Virus record (IMG/VR): IMGVR_UViG_3300032218_000309
Location: 1 to 35,677 of that record
DNA length: 35,677 nt
From: a virus
Lineage: Duplodnaviria; Caudoviricetes
Strand: one strand, 5' to 3'
The notes under the pieces were generated by a model. That model saw only the letters and a program-made list of their open reading frames with translations, was not told the origin of the DNA and did no database searches. Within the stretch, counting starts at the first letter, position 1; each line of letters opens with the position of its first letter. Shown here piece after piece: positions 1 to 8,132 of the stretch. The position numbers were made by a program, and so were the translations under genes.

Positions 1-183
1 ACCAATTAAGAATCTAGTAATTGCTCTACCTTCTTCTTTTTTAATCTGATTCGCCAACAATGTTGGGTTTTTCAAATTGTTTATTTTCTTAGTAAACCAT
101 TTTAATGATTCAACGGAATATCTATCTAGTTCAACGCCAGACCTTTCCGCAGTTAATTTACTCAATTTTGATATTGTAGTCAT
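1..183 (-). CDS. gp2: DNA end protector protein, T4 gp2-like (5' part; runs off the window)
   Basis: Not in the ORF track. Manual translation from ATG at 183-181 gives MTTISKLSKLTAERSGVELDRYSVESLKWFTKKINNLKNPTLLANQIKKEEGRAITRFLIG, open to the edge. The S..WF..KI..L motif and position directly downstream of gp4 match T4 gp4-gp2 order. Confidence 0.75.
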   Translation of the reverse strand, partial: MTTISKLSKLTAERSGVELDRYSVESLKWFTKKINNLKNPTLLANQIKKEEGRAITRFLIG

Positions 184-187
184 ACTC

Positions 188-195
188 TATTTATG
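188..195 (-). promoter_or_regulatory. T4-type late promoter CATAAATA for gp2
   Basis: Plus-strand tatttatg reads CATAAATA on minus, in the 12-bp gp4/gp2 gap, 4 nt before the ATG. Confidence 0.7.
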
Positions 196-630
196 CTAGA
201 AATTTAAATGGTCTTCAGTTAATACTTTGAATTCCCAACCTCTATCTTTACAGTATTCATTTGCGGCTTTCCATTTGGCTTGATTAATAGCATATGTAAC
301 AACTTCATTAATGTATTGTTTGGTAATTTTTGATTTGATTTGTGGTTCTATGGCTTGTTTCTTAGGTTTAATCTCTAAAAGATATGAATTTAACTTACCA
401 TCTTTACCTCGTATTTGAGCATAGAAATCAACAAAATATTTATGAAAACGACCATCAGCTGGTGATTTATATGGAACCACAATCTCCTCGGATGACCAAG
501 AGACCACTTGTGAGTGCTTATCTAACCACAACATCACTCTTTTTTCCCATGAGGAACGATAGATGATGTTGGTTGGATCACCTTTATATTTTTGTGGGTT
601 AATTGGTGTAAACTTGCCTTTATGCTTCAT
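196..630 (-). CDS. gp4: Head completion nuclease, T4 gp4-like (TnsA-like endonuclease fold), 144 aa
   Basis: MKHKGKFTPINPQKYKGDPTNIIYRSSWE...WSSEE...PY...YFVDF...EIKP...NQAKW.AA..YC...GW.F.VLTE are gp4 motifs. The start is taken as Met61 of the 204-aa ORF because the longer version overlaps gp48. Confidence 0.92.
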   Translation of the reverse strand: MKHKGKFTPINPQKYKGDPTNIIYRSSWEKRVMLWLDKHSQVVSWSSEEIVVPYKSPADGRFHKYFVDFYAQIRGKDGKLNSYLLEIKPKKQAIEPQIKSKITKQYINEVVTYAINQAKWKAANEYCKDRGWEFKVLTEDHLNF

Positions 631-635
631 AAATA
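628..635 (+). promoter_or_regulatory. T4-type late promoter CATAAATA for the gp48 operon
   Basis: Lies 36 nt before the gp48 ATG, with an AAGGA SD at 661-665. It overlaps the gp4 start codon on the opposite strand. Confidence 0.7.
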
Positions 636-664
636 GTATGTATATCACTTCTAGAATAAAAAGG

Positions 665-672
665 AATTTATA
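665..672 (-). promoter_or_regulatory. Possible late promoter TATAAATT for gp4
   Basis: 7/8 match to TATAAATA on minus, 34 nt upstream of the gp4 ATG. Confidence 0.4.
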
Positions 673-1790
673 TGGCAGAAATCGGGCCAAATTGGAATGC
701 CACACAGCCAGGCGGTTATGACCCATCAATGGGTAATGACATCTATACAGGTGGTGGATATGATCCATTGGCATCCAACCCAAATGGACCATTAGCAAGT
801 CTGTTTGCAAATGGATATGATTTTTCTAGTCGATATTATCCTAGAGATTTAGGTTCAGCAACTAGAGGCCATTATATTAATTTCTATATTAACGTGGCCG
901 AAAAGTCACAATATCTCACTAATGGTACATATACATTAGCTGGTGGTGCAGGTCGAACAGCAGCCAATCAAGCCAATCAGGCACAAGTATTAGGTGGTGC
1001 AGCTGGTGGTGCTCTTGGTAGTTTAACAGGTTCTGCAGGTGTTGGTAATGTTTCATCGGCTGGACTTTCTACTATACAGTCGGCACTCACAACAAGAAAA
1101 ACAAAAAGAATTACACAAGCCATTGCCTTGTATATGCCTGAAACATTAAACGTCCAATACAATGCTGATTGGCAAAGTCAAAGTTTAACAGACGCATTAG
1201 GTATTGCTGGTAAAATAGCACAACAAGGAACTTCAGCTGTTGATGCTTTTAATAAAGGTCAAGGCCTTGAAGGAACAGTTAAGAGTTTAGCATCAAATCC
1301 TGCCGTTGCTGAGTTTGCTGGTGATATGTTAGAGAAAAGTGGTGCCATGGGTGCTGGCGCATCCAGTTTCTTACTCTATGCAACTGGTAACGCATTAAAC
1401 CCACAATTACAAGTATTATTTAAAGGTACCGATTTTCGTCAATTCCAATTTGACTTCTTATTTGCACCATTCAGTCCAGATGAAGCAAAGAATGTTATGG
1501 AAATTATTAAAACATTTAAGTTCCATCAAGCACCTGAGGTTAATGTAACTGGTATGGGTCGTTACTTTATTCCACCATCAGAATTTGATATTGACTTTTT
1601 ACTTAATGGCCAAATCAATACTAAAGTCCATCAAATTGGTACCTGTGTATTGACAAACATGAACGTTGATTATGCACCAAATGGTTGGTCGACATTCGGC
1701 GACGGAACACCAACACATATCAAATTAACATTACAATTTATGGAAACAGAAATCGTTACCAAAGAACGAGTTGATAAGGATAATTATTAA
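672..1790 (+). CDS. gp48: Baseplate tail tube cap, T4 gp48-like
   Basis: YPRDL, IALYMPE.L.V.Y.ADW, NPQLQVLFKG.DFRQFQFDF.FAP.S.DEA..V..II..FK, CVLTNMNVDYAPNG and P.HIKLTLQF.ETEI.TK motifs. Confidence 0.9.
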   Translation: MAEIGPNWNATQPGGYDPSMGNDIYTGGGYDPLASNPNGPLASLFANGYDFSSRYYPRDLGSATRGHYINFYINVAEKSQYLTNGTYTLAGGAGRTAANQANQAQVLGGAAGGALGSLTGSAGVGNVSSAGLSTIQSALTTRKTKRITQAIALYMPETLNVQYNADWQSQSLTDALGIAGKIAQQGTSAVDAFNKGQGLEGTVKSLASNPAVAEFAGDMLEKSGAMGAGASSFLLYATGNALNPQLQVLFKGTDFRQFQFDFLFAPFSPDEAKNVMEIIKTFKFHQAPEVNVTGMGRYFIPPSEFDIDFLLNGQINTKVHQIGTCVLTNMNVDYAPNGWSTFGDGTPTHIKLTLQFMETEIVTKERVDKDNY

Positions 1791-2398
1791 TGTCAAAATA
1801 TTTTAGTAAGTTTCCTAAATTAATTTACACCAGACAAGGTGTATCTAATTTAGCAACAGATATATTAACACGAATAGATACCATCAAAGGTGTATTAGAC
1901 AATACTTCTTTATTCTATAAGTATAATATTCAAGAAGGTGATACACCTGAAATGATTGCGTCGAAGTATTATGGTGATGCTGAATTGCATTGGATTGTAT
2001 TAATTTTTAATGAAATTATCGATCCATTTTATGATTGGCCTATGCACTATCGTCAATTCATCATTTTCCTAACAGATAAGTATGGTTCACCAGCAACGGC
2101 ACAAATCACTAATCATCATTATGAAAAAATTGTAAAATCTGTTGATGGTTATACAGGTAAAGTGACCACTGATGTATATCAGATTGATTTGGAATCATAT
2201 AATCATATACCAGCAGAACCAACCACAACAACTAAAGTTTTGAATAATCAAACTATAACTGTCACAACAAGTAGACGAGCTGTATCATGTTATGATTATG
2301 AGAATGAATTAAATGAATCTAAACGAGAGATTAAATTAATTAAAAATAATCTAGTTCCAGATATAAAAAATCAATTTGAAATCTTAATGAGTGCATAA
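1790..2398 (+). CDS. gp53: Baseplate wedge subunit, T4 gp53-like (LysM-like)
   Basis: YFSKFP.L.Y, YNIQEGDTPEMIASKYYGDAELHWIVL..N.I.DP..DWP and YDYE.ELNE.KR.I.L motifs. TAATG overlap with gp48. Confidence 0.93.
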   Translation: MSKYFSKFPKLIYTRQGVSNLATDILTRIDTIKGVLDNTSLFYKYNIQEGDTPEMIASKYYGDAELHWIVLIFNEIIDPFYDWPMHYRQFIIFLTDKYGSPATAQITNHHYEKIVKSVDGYTGKVTTDVYQIDLESYNHIPAEPTTTTKVLNNQTITVTTSRRAVSCYDYENELNESKREIKLIKNNLVPDIKNQFEILMSA

Positions 2399-3765
2399 TG
2401 GCTGACGGTTTAGTATTTCCACAGGATTTTACCCTAGAATCTTGCAAAATCATAACATCTCAAGGTAATCCCTTTGAATTTAGATTTATGATGATTGAGT
2501 TGAATTACTTTGAAGACTTGTATAATAATACAATCTCAGGCAATATGTTCATTAATGATTCCAGTGGATTTTTATCATTATTAGGTTTTAATGGTAATGA
2601 ATTCTTGGCTCTTAAATTTGGTAAACCTGGATCAGATGACAAGATTGATCGTGTTTTTAGAATATTCAAAGTATCTGACAGACGAATTACTAAAGATACC
2701 AATGAGAATTACATTCTACACTTCACTTCAGAAGAAACATTATTATCAGAACAATACAAAGTATGTAAGTCATACCCAAATAAAAAGGTATCTGAAATTG
2801 TTGTTGATATTATGAACAATGATTTGATGGTTGATCCTAAAAAGTTTGATTTATCAAACGTAGAAGAAACATTAGATACAAGAGATATTGTTGTTCCATT
2901 ATTAACTCCATTTGAAGCCATTAATTGGTTATCAACACAAGCAATATCAAAAACACCACAAACTCAAGGTTCACCATATGTGTTCTATGAAAACTTTTAT
3001 GGTTTCAATTTCAAATCATTACAATCTTTATTTGATACACCAGTTTATGGTACATACAAATATGAACCAAAAAATTTAACATTACCAGAAGATGCTCGTG
3101 TTCAAGACATGAGTGCTGAAATTAAAAACATTCTTGTTTATGAAATGGTAAGTAACTTTGATACACTTCGTTTATATGATACTGGCGCATTTGCAAATAA
3201 ACTGATTGCTATAGATACAATTCGTTCAACATGGTCAACAACTGTTTTTGATTATGATTTTTATTTCCAAAATGCCAAAAAATTAAATCCTAATGGTATC
3301 CTATCCAACTATAAGAATAGAAAAGGTGATGCAGCTAACACCACATATGATGGTGTTCTAAAAACTGTAACAACTAATACCGGTCAATCTATAAAGAGTT
3401 CATATATTCAATCACATTATCCTGGTGTTAAAGATATTAATATTGAAGTTCGAGTTCCACATAGAACGGCACAATTTTCACAGATTAACACCAACAAATA
3501 TAAAGTATCAATCCCTGGTGATCCAAAAATGACTATAGGTAATGTCATTGAGATGTTAATACCAGATATGATGACCAATGACAAAGGCGGCCGAGACAAG
3601 GATAAGTATTATGCAGGCAAATACTTAGTGACTGCGGTTCGTCACAAGATTGACCAAGAAAACAAGTATGTCACTCTTATGGAATTGAGTAAAGAAAGTT
3701 TACCAAATCCATATGATACAATGGATAATGAATCACCAGCGTGGAAAGAGATTAAAGGTAAATAA
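2398..3765 (+). CDS. Baseplate hub protein (gp27/Mu gp44/GpD-like)
   Basis: Lies between gp53 and gp5. Motifs include YFEDLY..TISG...IND, P...PFEAI.WL, FYEN..GFNFKSL..L and C-terminal IPGD....IG.VI...GKYLVTAVRH.I. Confidence 0.8.
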   Translation: MADGLVFPQDFTLESCKIITSQGNPFEFRFMMIELNYFEDLYNNTISGNMFINDSSGFLSLLGFNGNEFLALKFGKPGSDDKIDRVFRIFKVSDRRITKDTNENYILHFTSEETLLSEQYKVCKSYPNKKVSEIVVDIMNNDLMVDPKKFDLSNVEETLDTRDIVVPLLTPFEAINWLSTQAISKTPQTQGSPYVFYENFYGFNFKSLQSLFDTPVYGTYKYEPKNLTLPEDARVQDMSAEIKNILVYEMVSNFDTLRLYDTGAFANKLIAIDTIRSTWSTTVFDYDFYFQNAKKLNPNGILSNYKNRKGDAANTTYDGVLKTVTTNTGQSIKSSYIQSHYPGVKDINIEVRVPHRTAQFSQINTNKYKVSIPGDPKMTIGNVIEMLIPDMMTNDKGGRDKDKYYAGKYLVTAVRHKIDQENKYVTLMELSKESLPNPYDTMDNESPAWKEIKGK

Positions 3766-5648
3766 TGGCACAAGAAAATAATTTCATGGGATTAAATGGG
3801 TTTGTGTGGTTCTTGGGTGTTGTGGAGAACCGTGATGATCCATTAAAACTTGGTAGAGTTCAGGCTCGTATCTTTGGTTGGCATACAGACAATAAAGCAA
3901 AGGTACCAACCACCGATTTACCATGGGCACAACCCGTTTTCCCACCTAATGCTCCCAATCTAACATCAACACCTAAAGAAGGTGACATGATTTTTGGATT
4001 CTTTACAGATGGGGATTCAGCACAATTTCCAATATTTTTAGGTGTTTTACCAGGCATTCCAGATTTCACTCCAGCAGAAGGAACAGGTTTTTCTGATGCA
4101 AGAGTTCAACAAAACTTGGATGGCGCTCCTACGAAACCCTATGCTCGTTCCTTATACAATAATGGCGTAAACCTCAAGTCATATTCAAAAACTAGATATC
4201 CAAGAGATTTAAACCAACCAACTACTTCTAGACTTGCCAGAAATGAAGATACGGCAAATACCGTTTACCAATTTAGACGTGACAATTGGGTGACTGCTCA
4301 ATCTACCAATAATTCTACATGGAAAGAACCATTCCCGTCATACAATGCACAATATCCGTTTGATAATGTATTAGAATCCGAATCTGGCCATATCTTTGAA
4401 TTGGATGATTCAGCAGCTAATGAACGTGTAATGCTTGCACATAGAACAGGTACGACTACTGAAATGTATCCTTCAGGTACCAAATTAGATAAAGTCGTTA
4501 AAGATAATTACACCATTGTTCACGGTTCTGATTTCTGTTATGTGAATGGTAAAGTAGAATTAACTGTAGAAAATGTGGCCAAAATTCGTATCAAAGGTAA
4601 CACCACCATAGAGATTGATGGTAATGTTAATTGGAAAGTTGGCGGTGATATGAATCTATCGGTTGGTGGTAACTTAAACCTCAAGACCGCAGGTAACATG
4701 ACCTCACAAGTGTCAGGTAACTATGCAGAGATTGTAGGTTCACGTAATGAAATGTCATTAGGTGTTTCTGAAGTTAAACATAATAGTGATCTTCACCATT
4801 GGATTGGTGGTGACTTCTATGATAGGAGACAAAGTGGTAAAACGGATTTTGGATGTCCAAATGATATAAGAGGTGGTGGTATTGATTGTGCTGATGTTGC
4901 TAATCCTGTTACAGCAAATCTCGGATCACCAAATCCATACAATAATCCAGATGAGGTTCAACCAATACCTGAGATTGTTAGAACAGTTATCTATAATGGT
5001 CAAGTTGATGCCAACACGGCCGCTGCACCATTAACTGAAGCTTATGCAAGACCTGTAGCACCAACAGTTACACCTGAAGTTGCTAATGTGGCATCTGCTA
5101 ATGTAGTTTCATCAGGATGTTTCACTTTTGAAATGGTTAAAGTGACTGCGAGTGTTAAGGATTCTGAAGTTCAACAAATTACAGATGCTCTTAACAAAGC
5201 TTGTGAACCATATAATATTAATACTAAGTTACGTAAAGCTCATCTATTAGCTCAAATGTCACATGAATCTGGTGGTTTTAAATATAGAAAAGAGATTTGG
5301 GGTCCAACAGCCGTTCAGAGTAGTTATGAAGGTCGTGCCGGTCTCGGCAATACACAACCAGGTGATGGTGAGAAATTCATGGGTCGTGGTTATATCCAAG
5401 TAACTGGTCGAGCAAACTATACCAATTTTGCCAACTTCGTTAAGTTATCACTTGATGATACAATTAAGTACCTAGAAACTATTGAAGGTGCCGTTATGAG
5501 TGCTGTATGGTATTGGAATACAGGTGGTCTAAATTCTTTAGCTGATGCGGATGACATCAGAGGCATCACTAGGAAAGTAAATGGTGGTTATAATGGACTT
5601 GAAGATCGTATTGCAAGATATAATAAAATCTTACCTCTATCACCTTAG
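3765..5648 (+). CDS. gp5: Baseplate hub/tail spike, gp5-like, with C-terminal GH19 muramidase domain
   Basis: N-terminal OB fold WFLGVVENRDDPLKLGRVQARIFGWHT...LPWA, then ESESGHIFELDD...ER....HRTGT and V.G.-type beta-helix repeats. C-terminal AQMSHESGGF...GNTQPGDG.KF.GRGYIQVTGRANY...SAVWYW...ITRKVNGG.NGLEDR is GH19-like. Confidence 0.92.
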   Translation: MAQENNFMGLNGFVWFLGVVENRDDPLKLGRVQARIFGWHTDNKAKVPTTDLPWAQPVFPPNAPNLTSTPKEGDMIFGFFTDGDSAQFPIFLGVLPGIPDFTPAEGTGFSDARVQQNLDGAPTKPYARSLYNNGVNLKSYSKTRYPRDLNQPTTSRLARNEDTANTVYQFRRDNWVTAQSTNNSTWKEPFPSYNAQYPFDNVLESESGHIFELDDSAANERVMLAHRTGTTTEMYPSGTKLDKVVKDNYTIVHGSDFCYVNGKVELTVENVAKIRIKGNTTIEIDGNVNWKVGGDMNLSVGGNLNLKTAGNMTSQVSGNYAEIVGSRNEMSLGVSEVKHNSDLHHWIGGDFYDRRQSGKTDFGCPNDIRGGGIDCADVANPVTANLGSPNPYNNPDEVQPIPEIVRTVIYNGQVDANTAAAPLTEAYARPVAPTVTPEVANVASANVVSSGCFTFEMVKVTASVKDSEVQQITDALNKACEPYNINTKLRKAHLLAQMSHESGGFKYRKEIWGPTAVQSSYEGRAGLGNTQPGDGEKFMGRGYIQVTGRANYTNFANFVKLSLDDTIKYLETIEGAVMSAVWYWNTGGLNSLADADDIRGITRKVNGGYNGLEDRIARYNKILPLSP

Positions 5649-5655
5649 GTATCAA

Positions 5656-5663
5656 CATAAATA
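5656..5663 (+). promoter_or_regulatory. T4-type late promoter CATAAATA for gp25
   Basis: Intergenic, 4 nt before the gp25 ATG, with no SD. Confidence 0.7.
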
Positions 5664-5667
5664 ATAC

Positions 5668-6063
5668 ATGGCTTCTACAATACAAAATAGATATTCAGAT
5701 TTAGACCTTACTTTCACGATGCATCCTGTAAAAAAAGACATCGTTTTAAGTATTGATGACCAAGCTATTGCTCGTTCAGTTCGTAATCTTATACTAACAA
5801 ATCACTACGAAAGGCCATTTCATCCAGAAATTGGTTCTAATGTTCGTAAAATGTTATTTGATCCTATTTCACCACTTACTGCAAATTATTTGCAAAGAGA
5901 AATAGAAGATACTATTAAAAACTATGAACCAAGAGTAAAACTTCAACAAGTTATTGTTCAAGTAGAACCAGATAGTAATAGTTATTCAGCAATTATAAGT
6001 TTTTATATCAACAATAGAACACAACCATCTACATTAAATTTGGTTCTACAAAGGTTAAGATAA
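5668..6063 (+). CDS. gp25: Baseplate wedge subunit, T4 gp25-like (GPW/gp25)
   Basis: YSDLDL.F..HPV..D......AI.RSVRNLILT..YERPFHPEIGS...LF...I..YEPRV.L motifs. Confidence 0.95.
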   Translation: MASTIQNRYSDLDLTFTMHPVKKDIVLSIDDQAIARSVRNLILTNHYERPFHPEIGSNVRKMLFDPISPLTANYLQREIEDTIKNYEPRVKLQQVIVQVEPDSNSYSAIISFYINNRTQPSTLNLVLQRLR

Positions 6064-6064
6064 T

Positions 6065-8131
6065 ATGGCAACCGCAAATTCAAATATTCAAATATCAGAT
6101 TTAGATTTTGATTCAATCAAGACTAATCTAAAAACGTTCTTACGATCACAAGATAAATTTAAAGACTATGATTTTGAAGGTTCAGCTTTATCTAATCTAT
6201 TAGATTTATTAGCTTACAATACACATTACAATTCATACTATCTAAACATGGTAGCTAATGAAATGTTTTTAGATACAGCGGCTCTCAGAAGTTCAGCAGT
6301 ATCTCATGCCAAACTTTTAAACTATACTCCCAAATCAGCAACAGCACCCACTGCAACGGTTAATTTAATCGTAACAGGTCTTGATGTTACATCATTAACT
6401 ATTGATAAATTCACTGGTTTTTCATCTGAAGCAGTTGATGGAATAAACTATAAGTTTATTACTAAAGACACTGTTACAAAAAACGTATCGGCCGGAACTG
6501 CTCAATTTTTAGGCCTTGAAATTATTCAAGGCGAACCTATTTCATTATCATATACATATTCGAGTTCGTCAAATCTAAAAGCCATATTCTCTTTACCAGA
6601 TGGTAATATTGATACATCAACAATTGTTATTCAAGTTCAAAGATCATCTATTGACACAACAATTGATACTTATAAATTGGCTACCAATGTTTTAGGTGTA
6701 AATGAAAACTCACTTGTATATTTCTTACAAGAAGGTTTAAATGAAAACTATGAAATTTATTTTGGTGATGGTATATTAGGTAAACAACTTACAGATGGCA
6801 ACATTGTTAGAGTTTCTTATGTTGTAACTAAAGGTAGTAGTTCTCTTGGTGCAAATAATTTTGTATTGTTAGATACTGTTGGTGGTGCTCCAACAGTTTA
6901 TCCATTAACAGCTGCAACAAACGGTTCAGATAAAGAAACTATAGAGTCAATTAAATATACTGCGCCAAAAGCCTATTCAGCACAAGGTCGTGCTGTGACT
7001 GTTGAAGATTATATTTCTGTTTTACAAAATAACAACATTGGTCTTACATTTGATTCAGTGAACGTTTGGGGTGGAGTTGATTATACTACACCATCTTTTG
7101 GTCAAGTGTTTATTTCATTAAAACCAAGTGGCGCATATAATATTACAGCAACACAAAAACAAAGATTAATTAATGATGTATTAAAACCCGTATCTGTTGT
7201 TACGGTGACACCAACTATTATTGATCCAGATTATACATATCTAAAAGTCACAGCAGATATTGTTTATGATCAAAAGAGGACAAATATGTCTTCTGGTGAA
7301 ATTCAAGATAATGTAAAAACAGCCATTAGAAATTTTAGTCAGAATTCATTGAACACCTTCAATTCATTATTTGATATGTCTGATTTATCGGCTACAATCA
7401 AGGCTGTAGATAGTTCTATCATTGCAACTGAAGTTGATGTTAAAGTTCAAAAGAAATTCTTTCCTATACTTGGAACACATAAAACGTATACACTTAATTA
7501 TGGTGTTGCATTAGAAAGATCAGTATTTGCCGCTGGTATTAATTCATTTCCAACAATCAAATACTACAGTGTGAGTGGAGATTTAATTTTAATTAATGAC
7601 GTATATCTTGAAGAAGTTCCATTTCCAGCATCAGGTGTTGAAACAATTAATATATTGAATATTGGTTTTAACTATACAGAAGTGCCTATAATTAAAATTA
7701 CTGGTGATGGTGAAGGTGCTACTGCTGAAGCTACTGTTGTAAATGGTCATATAAGTAAAATTAATGTTACAAATTCAGGTAATAATTATACACAAGCTAT
7801 TGTAACTATTGAAAATTCACTTACAGATACAACAGGTAATTCAGGTTCAGCTTATGCTAATCTAAAAGGTCAATATGGTAAATTAAGAAGTTATTACTAT
7901 GATTCTAAAAATAAAAAAACAATTTTAGAACCAAATATTGCAACTGTTGATTATTACAACGGAACAATTTATTTTAACAATTTTAATCCAAATGATGTAA
8001 ATGATCCTTTAGGTCAATTAACATTGACTGCAACTCCAAAATCTACCATTATTGAATCCACAAAAAATAGAATTGTTTCTATTGATGAATTTGATCCTCA
8101 AGCCGTTGTTGTAAATGTAACCGCAAAGTAA
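6065..8131 (+). CDS. gp6: Baseplate wedge subunit, T4 gp6-like
   Basis: LDFD.IK.NLK.FL.SQ..F.DYDFEGS.LS.LLDLLAYNTHYN.YY.NM.ANE.FLD.A..RSS.VSHAK.L.Y.P.S, YEIYFGDGILG and AQGRAVT.EDY motifs. Confidence 0.96.
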   Translation: MATANSNIQISDLDFDSIKTNLKTFLRSQDKFKDYDFEGSALSNLLDLLAYNTHYNSYYLNMVANEMFLDTAALRSSAVSHAKLLNYTPKSATAPTATVNLIVTGLDVTSLTIDKFTGFSSEAVDGINYKFITKDTVTKNVSAGTAQFLGLEIIQGEPISLSYTYSSSSNLKAIFSLPDGNIDTSTIVIQVQRSSIDTTIDTYKLATNVLGVNENSLVYFLQEGLNENYEIYFGDGILGKQLTDGNIVRVSYVVTKGSSSLGANNFVLLDTVGGAPTVYPLTAATNGSDKETIESIKYTAPKAYSAQGRAVTVEDYISVLQNNNIGLTFDSVNVWGGVDYTTPSFGQVFISLKPSGAYNITATQKQRLINDVLKPVSVVTVTPTIIDPDYTYLKVTADIVYDQKRTNMSSGEIQDNVKTAIRNFSQNSLNTFNSLFDMSDLSATIKAVDSSIIATEVDVKVQKKFFPILGTHKTYTLNYGVALERSVFAAGINSFPTIKYYSVSGDLILINDVYLEEVPFPASGVETINILNIGFNYTEVPIIKITGDGEGATAEATVVNGHISKINVTNSGNNYTQAIVTIENSLTDTTGNSGSAYANLKGQYGKLRSYYYDSKNKKTILEPNIATVDYYNGTIYFNNFNPNDVNDPLGQLTLTATPKSTIIESTKNRIVSIDEFDPQAVVVNVTAK

Positions 8132-8132
8132 A

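Noticed and set aside
631-810. 60-aa N-terminal extension of gp4 in the ORF track
   Set aside because: It overlaps gp48 and its promoter/SD in antisense, and gp4 similarity begins at MKHKGKF (630).
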